Position numbers and translations under genes: made by a program. A stretch of DNA of 21,655 bases. It comes from Andalucia godoyi And28 (lineage: Eukaryota > Protista > Jakobida). Every line of letters begins with the position of its first letter. Positions within the stretch are counted from its first letter, which is position 1. This document shows, piece by piece, positions 1 through 9,759 of this stretch. Under the pieces are notes generated by a model that saw only the letters and a list, made by a program, of their open reading frames with translations, was not told the origin of the DNA and did not search any database. The DNA is taken from positions 256,451-278,105 of the forward strand of contig VRVR01000037.1 in NCBI GenBank assembly GCA_009859145.1, given 5' to 3'.

Positions 1-1
1 C

Positions 2-76
2 ATAGTCTGTGAGCCCCGGGTAAAACGCATCCTCGAGGAGTACGGCGTGCGAGAATCATACTCGCTGGCGCGTTGA
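2..76 (+). CDS. possible 3' end of a gene entering from the left edge (unknown product)
   Basis: Frame +2 is open from the window edge and reads IVCEPRVKRILEEYGVRESYSLAR, then TGA at 74-76. The composition is protein-like but the stretch is too short to assign. Confidence 0.3.
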   Translation: MVCEPRVKRILEEYGVRESYSLAR

Positions 77-559
77 CACCGATATCTGAAACCAAAACAA
101 AAATCGCGACAACTAGAGGAGGTGCTGCGGACCGCACCACCTTTTTGTAGTCATGCACACAGATGGTTTCTGCCAAGTTGTATGACTTCTTGTCTCCCTC
201 GAACCGCTTCCCGAATACAAATGAAAGGGGTGCTTCAAGGATCGAAAGACTGATAGAAGACGCTGTTTTTTTTCTTCTGGCAGACGTACAACCGTTGGAA
301 TATGTTGCTATCTATCTAGAGAGAATGTCAGCCGATTCGACTTTTCCATGGTGTCGGTAGTCAAAGCAAGTTCCCCGGAAATCACGGTGAATCGCTATCA
401 CCAATATCCCGTTGCTGGGGGAAGTTGAGCACCCGCGATGTTCCCATCGGAGGTTGTGATTCTGCCCTTCCACCGGATTTCTGTTTCATACAGTGGAATA
501 TCGAGCAAGTCAACAACGAGAATTGGAACAGTTTTGTATGCAGCAAGGAAGCCGGAAGG

Positions 560-567
560 TATATAAG
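560..567 (+). promoter_or_regulatory. candidate TATA box of the KGG-protein gene
   Basis: TATATAAG lies about 100 nt upstream of ATG 665. An ATTAAA polyadenylation-like hexamer at 949-954 follows the stop codon. Confidence 0.35.
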
Positions 568-664
568 CATGATGGCTCTTTGCCTCGGGCTCCAAATTGT
601 TTCTTCGCCCACCAGCCAGTCCCACCAAAAAAGAAAACAAGAAAACTCAAAGACCTCCATCACA

Positions 665-883
665 ATGAGCAGCAACCGTCAGCAGGATCAGGATATGTCG
701 GACAGCGGCGATCAGCGTGGCTTCGCCTCCATGGACCCTGAGCAGCAGCGATCAATTGCAAGCAAGGGCGGACTGACCGCCCAGGCGCATGCCCACGGAT
801 ATGCCAATCCTGACGACTACCAGGAAGCAAAGGACAAGGGCGAGGTCGAATTCTCCCGCGGCGAGTCGCAGAACGAGGACTAA
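665..883 (+). CDS. small hydrophilic stress protein with KGG motif (con-10 / YciG / GsiB-like), 72 aa
   Basis: MSSNRQQDQDMSDSGDQRGFASMDPEQQRSIASKGG... contains the RGFASMDxExQRxIASKGG stress-induced KGG repeat. The start is placed at ATG 665 because the upstream part of ORF 425-883 is not protein-like and contains a TATA-like box. Confidence 0.85.
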   Translation: MSSNRQQDQDMSDSGDQRGFASMDPEQQRSIASKGGLTAQAHAHGYANPDDYQEAKDKGEVEFSRGESQNED

Positions 884-2365
884 AACAGTTCTGTTGAGCA
901 ACCAGATCTTGTTGGCAACTACGTCTCAGTTGTATGACTGTTGATACAATTAAACACAAAAGGCGTCGCATAAACTTTCGGGCATTTCTTGTTTTCCACA
1001 GTGGCGCCGCATGATGGCAATTTCCACACAGTGTGTCGAAGGTTGGTCAAAATCCTTCTGATTTTGACACATCGATAGACAAAAGCCAGATGACCAACCC
1101 CCCCTGCAGTTTCTCTCTCGGAGGTTTTGAGTGCGCTCGAACAGCACAGAAAACGAAAACTTGGCTTGTTCGTGTTGTGGAGATAGAAAACATCGAAGTG
1201 CTTTTTCCTGGTTCCCAAGGTCCAAACGGTTCTAACGAATGCATTCATTGATCGATTCGAGAGCTCTGTCGAAGAATAGGTTGTTTTTGTTTTCTCCTCG
1301 CAAACAACCTACTTTTCATGCTCATGACGGACTTCGAGAACTGCTTTTTTTAGGGGACGGCTGACCGTTTTGCGCATGAACATCAAAGGAACATCACGTC
1401 GGAGGTTTGTTTATTTCTAACCCTATGGAACGCGATGTTATTACCATAGGCAACTCTAGATTTTCTTCGTTTTTTATTACGATTCTTCACTTTTTCTTCT
1501 TCTTTCTATGTCTGCTTGTCTGCTTGCGCTTTAAATAATCGAACCCTCAAGCAGCACCTTTCATCATAGACAAAACACGTCTCATGGCTCCATAGAGGGA
1601 TACTTCCCAACAAAACCAAACCGGCCATCCCCGAAGATGCCGAGAACCAAGAAACTTGTTGATTCCCTTCTCCTCGCAACTTGCTGAGCAAGCGGATGAT
1701 CATCAAATCACCAAGAAGTGTGATCGATTGCGCGTTCGGAATGTGCTTTCAAGTCAGAGAACAAGATGGAGCAAAGGGCAAAAAGAGTCCTCAGGGGCGG
1801 CGTCGTTCGCCGACTACATTCTGCTTCCTCCGACATTCAGTTTTGAGTGTTGAATCGACTGGGAGAATATGCTGGCTGCGATGACCCTTTTTGATGTCGA
1901 GTTGGTGTTCGCCCCAAAAACCAAAAACAAAAAACATGTGGTTTGGATCTGTCTTCTGGCCTTGGCCCCCTAAGTGTTTGAAAATGAAACGAAGATCGCA
2001 AGCGTCCCGACCTTCGGCAGCATCTACTCAGCCAGGACAAAAGTTCGTGTGGCAACCAGTTGCAGACGCCGCAAGACTGTTCTGAACAGGCTGGACCATT
2101 TTTAATTCATGTATTTCCGCCCTGCGAACGCTTTTGAATTTGGTGGTCAAGCATGTTTATGCGAATACAACCGGACTGCATGCCGCACAACACCGGGACA
2201 CATGTGCTGGAAGTTCCATAGAAGTTGGTTTTTGATTTTTATCACCCACATTTATTATTTATTGTAAAATGTGTTTTTAATATTGTGAAAAATGGCATCC
2301 AAATTGTGAAAGTCTGTGAATTTGTGACGTTTCTTCCCAACCAGTGTTCCAACAGCTTCCATTTC

Positions 2366-3256
2366 ATGTTGAAACTTGCATTGCTGCGCGAAGTCTTTCC
2401 CCACATTGTCAGCACCGACGAGGACGCTGAAAAGGCTGAAAGAGAGTTGTTTGCGCGATATGCTACAGAAGCACGAGATCATGGTGCCCATTTGATTGTG
2501 CTTCCGGAAATCCCTTTCAACGAATGGGTTCCAGGGCTAGACGTGACAAAACCTCGAAGCGAAGACGCTGAAGAAGAGAAAGGACCTCGTTATCGATTCG
2601 CACAGCAAACATCCAAAGACGTTGGCATAGGAATTTTCGCGGGATGCATTGTCAGAGATGCCAAAGATGGACAGCGATATAATGAATGCTGGATGTTCGA
2701 TGAAAGTGGAAGGCTCCTAACGTCGTACCGCAAATTGCATTTGCCTCACGACAAAGGGTTTCGAGAGGATACTCACTATCGAGAAGGTCATCAGATCCCA
2801 GAAGAAATCCTTTTCAAAGGTTGTCGCGTAATTCCTCTGATCTGTTCCGATCTCATGCGCCCGTTTGATGCCATGCTTATGCGTCCAGACTTAATCATCA
2901 ACTGTCGCGCAGATGAAACTGCCAAGGCATGGCAATGGAAGTCTGTCGCTCAAGCAACGTCTTTAATTGGCGCATGCTACGTCGTTTCAGTCCCTCGGCC
3001 TCGGGAAGAATTTGGAGTGCAACTCGGCGGACCCTCCTTTTGTTACGGCTGTGATGGCAATATAGTGTTGGAATCCGAAGCGACACTGGAATATGTGGAA
3101 ATCGACGGCCACAGGGCAGACGAACAACAAATGAACGAGTATCCAGGCTATCTGTCCTTGCGACTGGATTTATATCCAGTGGCTCTCAAACGGGCGACAT
3201 TGTGTGCTGCAGAAAGGGATTTATCACCAAAAAGTCCCGGTGTTTCTGAAAACTGA
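2366..3256 (+). CDS. carbon-nitrogen hydrolase (nitrilase superfamily amidohydrolase), 296 aa
   Basis: The Glu-Lys-Cys triad motifs are present: LIVLPE, YRKLHLP and LICSD. The start is placed at ATG 2366 (MLKLALLRE) because the upstream ORF extension is AT-rich and non-coding-like. No introns are needed. Confidence 0.9.
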   Translation: MLKLALLREVFPHIVSTDEDAEKAERELFARYATEARDHGAHLIVLPEIPFNEWVPGLDVTKPRSEDAEEEKGPRYRFAQQTSKDVGIGIFAGCIVRDAKDGQRYNECWMFDESGRLLTSYRKLHLPHDKGFREDTHYREGHQIPEEILFKGCRVIPLICSDLMRPFDAMLMRPDLIINCRADETAKAWQWKSVAQATSLIGACYVVSVPRPREEFGVQLGGPSFCYGCDGNIVLESEATLEYVEIDGHRADEQQMNEYPGYLSLRLDLYPVALKRATLCAAERDLSPKSPGVSEN

Positions 3257-3562
3257 CGCGACAGGTTCGCCATGCAGCATTATTGGAGTACACACTCACG
3301 GCTTGCCAAAAATCCGGTGGATAACCCACGGTTCACATATGCATGGCATAGGTCACGCTTCAGCAGACGATCACGCCTCTATCTTCCTGCGTGTATTTCT
3401 TTGGTTGCATCACTGCAAAGCGCTGAAATGCCGCAGATGTCAAATCACGTTAAGCAAGACAGCTCTCTGAAGCCCGGTCAGGAAAAAAAACCCCGCTATT
3501 TGGTTTACTGTTGTTGCCGACGGAGGTTGTATTATAGTTGATATGGGGGGCTGTAAAACCAA

Positions 3563-3568
3563 TTTATT
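3563..3568 (-). promoter_or_regulatory. candidate polyadenylation signal AATAAA of the 3629-4195 gene
   Basis: AATAAA on the minus strand, about 60 nt downstream of the TAG stop. Confidence 0.4.
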
Positions 3569-3628
3569 TCTTTCATTGTAAACCAGCCCTTGGAATGCAA
3601 ATCAACGGACAGGAAAGACAAGTCAATA

Positions 3629-4195
3629 CTAGGCGGTGAAGAAGACGCATGAGATGACGGCGACGACGACGGCGAATGCAGCGGAGATTCCGAAAGATTC
3701 TGCGGCGGAGCTGGAGACACATCCCTGACAGTTGGTAATTCCTTCCGCGTTTGTAGCGCTGGTGATGGCACGGTAGATGTTGGTAGTTGCGGTGACGCCT
3801 CCGGAGGCATAGCTCACCGTTCCGATGGACATGAAAATGACGTTGTCGCACGAAAACGAGGAGTTGTAGTAAACGGAAACGCGGACATCGCCGACTGCTG
3901 GGGCGGCCTTCTGGATCTGGCACATGTACCGGGTACCGGCACCGGAGAGCGAGCTGGCCATGCAAGACACATCGGAAGCAACTCCTGTGGGCGTGTAGGT
4001 ATTTCCGCCGGCAGTGATTGTGGACGCTGTCGCTGTGACGACGAGGCTTGCGGGACAGGTCGACTCGGTAGCCAAGCAGATCTGACCGTACGTGCCGGCA
4101 GCTGCAGAGAGAACAGTAGAGATTGTTGAAGGACACTGTGCAGAAGCACGCGCCAGGAAAAACACAAGAGCAACAATGGACAGGACACAACGCAT
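3629..4195 (-). CDS. secreted, probably GPI-anchored Cys/Ser/Thr/Ala-rich cell-surface protein, 188 aa
   Basis: N-terminal signal peptide MRCVLSIVALVFFLARASA-Q and 8 Cys in the mature region. A small-residue omega-like site (SSSAA) precedes the hydrophobic C-terminus ISAAFAVVVAVISCVFFTA, with no cytosolic tail. The gene is visibly more GC-rich than its flanks. Confidence 0.8.
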   Translation of the reverse strand: MRCVLSIVALVFFLARASAQCPSTISTVLSAAAGTYGQICLATESTCPASLVVTATASTITAGGNTYTPTGVASDVSCMASSLSGAGTRYMCQIQKAAPAVGDVRVSVYYNSSFSCDNVIFMSIGTVSYASGGVTATTNIYRAITSATNAEGITNCQGCVSSSAAESFGISAAFAVVVAVISCVFFTA

Positions 4196-4317
4196 GAGAC
4201 TGAGTGACAGAATCGGTTCAGAGGGTACCGGAAAGAATTGATGCAACATAAATAAATCAGGAAAAGGGGAAAAAAAGAAGAAAAGGAGAGGATCGAGAAC
4301 GGAACGTGATTCTCATG

Positions 4318-4326
4318 TTATTTATA
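4318..4326 (-). promoter_or_regulatory. candidate TATA box of the surface-protein gene
   Basis: TATAAATAA on the minus strand about 125 nt upstream of ATG 4195, followed on that strand by a pyrimidine-rich leader (about 4260-4290). Confidence 0.4.
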
Positions 4327-4655
4327 ATCAAGGCGCCCCGTCGCATCCGCTTCGCCCCAGAGGATCTCCTCTTAGAAACTGCGAATCTCCACGTGACGGG
4401 ATGACGATATGTCGGACCAACTCGGACAATTGCTTAAAAGTCCGGTGATGAGCAAAAAGTGCAGAGCCTTTGCAGGCGTGTCTGAGCGAAAGGCAAAAAG
4501 ATTCGACAAAACTATGGACATCAAAGTATCATAGACGGCGTCTGTTTTTTCTACGCTGTGGAATCCAGCAAACTTCATGGTGTGTTTCGGAAGTCCGCTT
4601 GATACGTCCCGAAGACTTCAGCAGGGCGGTGATTTTTGAGCCATAGCCGCTGCAC

Positions 4656-4677
4656 CTCTCTCTCTCTCTCTCTCTCT
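4656..4677. repeat. (CT)11 microsatellite
   Basis: Read directly from the sequence. Confidence 0.95.
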
Positions 4678-5054
4678 TGTTTCTTCCGCGACTTCTGACG
4701 TTCTGCCGGAAGACCGCATGCGGATTTCTACGAGATGCTCACGTACCAGGATCCAGTGATAATGATCGACGTCGAATAAATTTATCCAGGAATCCGCCAA
4801 ACCTTCCAGAACGATGTTATCAGCCAGAGGGACGCGAAATCGGTTCAGCAATGCTTGCAGCAAATACCCAACACAATCACAACGGAAAACATTCAGTTTC
4901 ATCAGCAAGTATTCATAAGAAACCGTCACAACATGTACTCTCATGATTTGAAAAAAGTCGATCATGCACTTTGAACATTCGGTTTAATGTTCCAAGAAAT
5001 GATTTCCGCGCAAAGACGGACAGTTTCTGGGTCCAGAAAAAGAAAGCACCTTCC

Positions 5055-5055
5055 T

Positions 5056-5091
<36 letters not shown>

Positions 5092-5092
5092 T
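5055..5092. repeat. T13 run followed by (GT)12 microsatellite
   Basis: T run at 5055-5067 and GT repeats at 5069-5092, read directly. Confidence 0.95.
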
Positions 5093-5773
5093 GCTTGTTT
5101 GTTTATTTTTGTCGTGATTGTTGGTGGCTTTTTCTGAGGCATCCGACGGAGCGGGCACATACAACCAGAATGCGTCTGATGTCGTCGTCAACTGGCAGCA
5201 AGCACCGAACTGGGTATGTGGGTCATCAGCGCACACGATCGGTAAATACGAATCCCTGGATGCAAAAGCGGAGGACGAAGCGATATCCGGACTTCAGAAG
5301 CGATGGTAGCCATGCTGGGACCGTTTTCTTGCAAGAGGAAAACGGCACCGCTGATGGCGAAAAGTGGGGGGGCTGGGGCTGGGACGAGGAAAAAAAGGGT
5401 TGCCTGCATTGGTTTCGTGTCGAATCTGTACTTTAGATCTTGCGATGAGAAGTGCTTTTCGAGTAGATTGGACGAAGTGCGCAGTTGATGCACAAGCATG
5501 CCGACGGAGCAGGACCAGATGCGGGCCGACCTGCATGCATACATAGCAGAAGCAACAGTCCCGACGGAGCCCCTGTTTTCCTTTTCAGGTAATGCACGTG
5601 CATGTCCATCATCAGAAATGGTCCCACTTCCCTTTTTGAAACACTTGCTTTCTCCAGTTTGCCGCCGCACGTTTTTCCGCCCGGAGAATCTACAGCCTTC
5701 CAAGATTTCAGTTCTTCTTGGAACCACCGTCGCGAGCGTACTGTCAACAGATGGCGGAGGTTCTCATCTGCAG

Positions 5774-5827
5774 CTTCTTCTTCTTCTTCTTCTTCTTCTT
5801 CTTCTTCTTCTTCTTCTTCTTCTTCTT
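5774..5827. repeat. (CTT)18 trinucleotide repeat in the probable 5' UTR of the ATPase
   Basis: A perfect 54-nt repeat ending 27 nt before ATG 5855. It explains the poly-L, poly-S, poly-E and poly-K runs in the overlapping ORFs. Confidence 0.95.
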
Positions 5828-5854
5828 CCTCAACAACCACCACCAAACAAAACG

Positions 5855-8800
5855 ATGAGCGACCGTATGGATAATCCGGAGCTTGCCTGCAGCTACAGTG
5901 CAGAGGTCTCGGACATCCAGCGGAGCGCGCAGGTTCCGCATCTCGACAGCGGCATTCACTCCATGTCAGTCGACCGAAGAACTGAGGAGTACGGCTCAAA
6001 CTTTATAGATTTGCAGTCTGGAGAGACTCTGTGGACTATTCTGATGAAAAACTTTCTGAACCCTATGAATGCCATTCTTGGGTTTGTCGCAGTAATATCC
6101 GCAGTCCATTTCGACTGGGTTGAATTCACCGTGGTTATGTTCCTGATTCTCTTCAATTCCGTGCTTGCAACTTACCAAGAGTACTCATCCGAAATGTCCA
6201 TGAAGGCCCTCAGACAGATGACGTCCGGAACGGCGAAAGTGATTCGAGACGGCGAAACGTCTGTCATCAATATTGACTCTGTGGTTGTGGGAGACGTGGT
6301 TGTTCTGGACCACGGTGCTCAGGTCCCTGCAGACCTGCGGTTGTTTCTAACTTCTCAGCTGGAAATTGATGAGTCCATCTTGACCGGTGAGTCGGTTCCA
6401 GTCTCGAAGCATACCAACCGTATTGCAGAACCGAACCTCGCCCTTGGGGATCGCAAGAACATGGCGTTTCGGCAGACAGTCGTCACGTCCGGTCGTGGGT
6501 GCGGAATTGTAACTGCCGTCGGTGCGAAGACGGAAATGGGGAAGATTTCTGCTCGTCTGACGTCCACAACTTCCAAGAAGACACCGCTGCAGAAAAGGGT
6601 AGAGAGACTGATGTACATACTGTTAGTGCTTGCTATTCTAATCGCACTTGTCGTTTTTGCTGCAAATGATTGGTCATTTGATACTCCGACAACCTTGTAT
6701 GCGTCTGCCACCGCGGTCGCACTGCTTCCGGAGGCTCTTCCTCTGACGATTACAGTTGCAATGGCACTTGGGATTCGTCGTCTTGCCAAACAGAAAGCGA
6801 TCGTTAGAAACATGCCAGCGCTCGAGGTCCTTGGTTCCATAACCGACATTTGTTCGGATAAGACGGGGACGCTGACAGAAAACAAAATGAGTGCTGTTCG
6901 CATGAAAGTTGGGTTTTGCGAACCACTGGTACTGACTGGAACTCCTACGTCGCGGTTTGCGGAGTTTTTTACAGAATCGTGCAAAGAAGTTTCCAACTCT
7001 TCCTTGTCCATCGACATTGCGCAAGGCCGCAGATCCAGCTATAACATGCAGAATTTCTTTAACTGTGCGGCTTTGTGTTCGTCCACACGGGTATATCCTG
7101 TTGGACAGTCTGGAGAACTGAAAGGGGCAGGCAATCCGACGGAAATCGCTCTCCAAGTCATGTCATGGAAGGCTCACTGTACTGCGCAAGGTCTGGAGCA
7201 GTCCGGTTGGAGGAAACTAAAAGAGTGGCCGTTCGACTCGGAAGTGAAGCGAATGGCAGTTGCGTACATGCAGAGCTCCGGCGCAGGTGATAATCACGCA
7301 TGCGAATCCTCGATGATTTTTGTTAAGGGTGCGCCGGAGCGTGTTCTGCAGGTTTGCGTTCGGTATTTCGAACCTGAAGACAGGGGCATTGAAGATGCTC
7401 GTGCGCTCTCTGAAGTGCAGAAAGAGGCACTTTTGCGTTCTGTATCTCGTTTTGGATCGCAGGGTCTCCGTGTCGTTTGCCTTGCATTTCGGCAAGGACC
7501 GTGTCCGTCTGATCTCGAGGTTTCGGGCATTTCAAGAGATGAAGTCGAAAAAGATCTAATATACCTTGGAATGGTAGGAATTTTCGACCCCCCGAGAAAA
7601 GAGTCGCAGCCCTCTGTTGCACTTTGTCAACAGGCTGGGATTACAGTGCGCATGATCACGGGGGATCATGTCAAAACGGCAACGGCAATTGGTATATCGC
7701 TGGGGATCATTCCGTCTATTGACGCTGTCGAAGAAACTCCTTCGAGTGTTGTTACCGGTCCGGAATTCGATACAGTATCGCATGGTGTTCTTGACTCCCT
7801 GAAGGATCTCCCCCGTATAGTCGCTCGATGCTCTCCCGATACAAAAGTGCGAATGATTGAAGCACTGCACCGTCGCGGGCGGATCGTTGCAGTGTCGGGA
7901 GACGGAGTAAATGATGCGCCGGCGATCAAGATTGCCGATGTCGGGTGCGCAATGGGATCCGGTACTGATGTTACCAAAGGCGTTGCTGACATTGTCATCA
8001 CCGACGATAATTTTGCAACCATCGTGAAAGCAATTGCAGAAGGGCGGCGAATTACCGCAACAATTTCAAAGTTCTTGGTTCACTTCTTGGCGACAAATGT
8101 TGCCGAGGTCATTGTGCTGATTCTTGGACTGCCGCTGAAGGACAGCGATAATCGTTCGGTATTCATTCTCTCACCTTTGCAGATTTTGTGGCTGAATTTT
8201 TTAACAGGTTCTCCATCAGCAATTGGCCTGTGTATGGATCCACCAGAGCGATCCCTTCTCCAAAGAGCACCGAGCCGCGATGGCCTTTTCACGAAAGAGG
8301 TTATTGCTGACGTGTTTGTTTATGGGACCATCATGGGAACTCTTTCACTTTCGTCGTTCATGCTGGTGTTGTTTGGATTTGGTGATGCCGAACTTGGAGT
8401 GGACTGCAATGAATCCGGGGCCGGAGTCGGGTGTTCAGACGTGCTGAGCGCACGATCCACTGCGTTTGTTTCACTGCACCTCCTCTTTCTTTTGCACGCC
8501 TACAATGTGCGTATGGCCAGGGTTTCCATTTTTCGCATGTCGTGGTTCGATAACCGGTGGCTGTACGGGTCCGTCATTTTTGGATTTTTGACATTGTTCC
8601 CCATTCTGTACATTCCGACAGTCGCATCTGTGTTTGTGCAAGCTCCGCTGGAATGGGAGTGGGCTGTAGTTGCTGCCAATCTTGTAATCTTTCTCTTCTT
8701 CACGGAAGCGTACAAGTGGCTGAAGAATCACCTGGTACCGATTGCAAAGGTTGCTGCAGAGAACTTGCAGTTTTCGCAAGAAGTACACGCCTTGCCAATT

Positions 8801-9022
8801 GAAACTGTTGAAGATGTGCATCCGGATACGCTGACTGAAATTGCAAACGAACAGCTGAAGACGAAAGAGGGAGACGACTATGCAACGGACCTCGAGGGGC
8901 GCGTCCTGAGTTTTTCGACGTGGAGAAAGAGCATGTCAAGATCGTACCTGCATGGCGTGGACGAGCTCGAGAACGAAGGCCCTTCTAGCGTGGATATCGT
9001 AATCGATGACAGCATTGCATGA
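5855..9022 (+). CDS. ENA: P-type ATPase, type IID (ENA, Na+/K+ efflux pump), 1055 aa
   Basis: General P-type motifs: TGES, phosphorylation site ICSDKTGTLT, KGAPE, DPPR, MITGD, GDGVNDAP. ENA-like segments: FDSEVKRM, ARCSPDTKVRMIEALHRR and GLPLKDSDNRSVFILSPLQILW. The start is placed at MSDRMDNPE after the CTT repeat. Confidence 0.9.
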   Translation: MSDRMDNPELACSYSAEVSDIQRSAQVPHLDSGIHSMSVDRRTEEYGSNFIDLQSGETLWTILMKNFLNPMNAILGFVAVISAVHFDWVEFTVVMFLILFNSVLATYQEYSSEMSMKALRQMTSGTAKVIRDGETSVINIDSVVVGDVVVLDHGAQVPADLRLFLTSQLEIDESILTGESVPVSKHTNRIAEPNLALGDRKNMAFRQTVVTSGRGCGIVTAVGAKTEMGKISARLTSTTSKKTPLQKRVERLMYILLVLAILIALVVFAANDWSFDTPTTLYASATAVALLPEALPLTITVAMALGIRRLAKQKAIVRNMPALEVLGSITDICSDKTGTLTENKMSAVRMKVGFCEPLVLTGTPTSRFAEFFTESCKEVSNSSLSIDIAQGRRSSYNMQNFFNCAALCSSTRVYPVGQSGELKGAGNPTEIALQVMSWKAHCTAQGLEQSGWRKLKEWPFDSEVKRMAVAYMQSSGAGDNHACESSMIFVKGAPERVLQVCVRYFEPEDRGIEDARALSEVQKEALLRSVSRFGSQGLRVVCLAFRQGPCPSDLEVSGISRDEVEKDLIYLGMVGIFDPPRKESQPSVALCQQAGITVRMITGDHVKTATAIGISLGIIPSIDAVEETPSSVVTGPEFDTVSHGVLDSLKDLPRIVARCSPDTKVRMIEALHRRGRIVAVSGDGVNDAPAIKIADVGCAMGSGTDVTKGVADIVITDDNFATIVKAIAEGRRITATISKFLVHFLATNVAEVIVLILGLPLKDSDNRSVFILSPLQILWLNFLTGSPSAIGLCMDPPERSLLQRAPSRDGLFTKEVIADVFVYGTIMGTLSLSSFMLVLFGFGDAELGVDCNESGAGVGCSDVLSARSTAFVSLHLLFLLHAYNVRMARVSIFRMSWFDNRWLYGSVIFGFLTLFPILYIPTVASVFVQAPLEWEWAVVAANLVIFLFFTEAYKWLKNHLVPIAKVAAENLQFSQEVHALPIETVEDVHPDTLTEIANEQLKTKEGDDYATDLEGRVLSFSTWRKSMSRSYLHGVDELENEGPSSVDIVIDDSIA

Positions 9023-9759
9023 ATCGACCTGGTCTTCTTGTATGTTGATGTGCGTGTTTTTTATGCGTAAAAATTCGTATACCGACATGAATGCCTTGCA
9101 CTAAGACCAGCATTTATCACCACTTCCAGAGCACTCTTGTGAGCCGCTGTAGGTATTACTCGGCAGACGTTGATGGTCGCTCCACGCTTGCAAGAATTGT
9201 TTGCGAAACACGAGCGCCTACATTGTACATTAATCCACGGATAATCATCGCTGATCACCCATAATCAATACTGTAACCCAACAACATGCATAGCATGATT
9301 GGGAAGGTGGTAGGCCCCCAACACGCCCCTCGGCATGAGAGACGTTCCTAAGGTAGATGCTGCGCGCGCCGTTTCAATCGCGGTCGATCGTGCATTCGCA
9401 CGATTGGCAACAAAAGCGCCTTGTTTCCACACCACTTGCGATGGATTTCCCCCTCCTTGCCCAGTCTTCTGTTGCGAATCGTGGCGCTCTTTGGAGTTTC
9501 TTTCTTTCTTTTTTCTTGTTGCTACGGACTTTTTCGAGCATGATGGATTCTGGACGCACAGTGCCAGGGATAGCTCCTCTGGCCGTGATCATTTTCGGCG
9601 GGGGACGGTGTTGCCGCCTACACGGCTGGAATCTTGCGCAGTCCAAGCGCAGCTTCGTCCACTGATTCTGGGAAAAACCCTCTTTATTCTTCGACCGAGA
9701 TTCCATTGCGTACGCGGTTTGCAACGGTTGGCGCATGACGCTTGTTGTCAGCCCCATGA

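Noticed and set aside
425-664. N-terminal extension of the KGG ORF
   Set aside because: Not protein-like and contains a TATA-like box; ATG 665 is the better start.
1410-1449. Inverted repeat CCTATGG...CCATAGG
   Set aside because: Only a 7-bp stem, with no recognisable RNA family or terminator context.
2225-2365. TTG-started extension of the hydrolase ORF
   Set aside because: AT-rich promoter-like DNA that lies outside the hydrolase fold.
3532-4190. Overlapping alternative-frame ORFs (3573-4190, 3814-4188, 3532-3810)
   Set aside because: By-products of the GC-rich coding sequence; they are Arg/Cys/Ser-rich with no domain features.
5188-5999. ORFs with poly-E, poly-S, poly-K or poly-L runs and the 5498 start of the ATPase
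   Set aside because: All are created by the (CTT)18 repeat read in different frames.
6355-8939. Antisense and alternative-frame ORFs inside the ATPase
   Set aside because: Shadow ORFs of a real gene with no motifs of their own.
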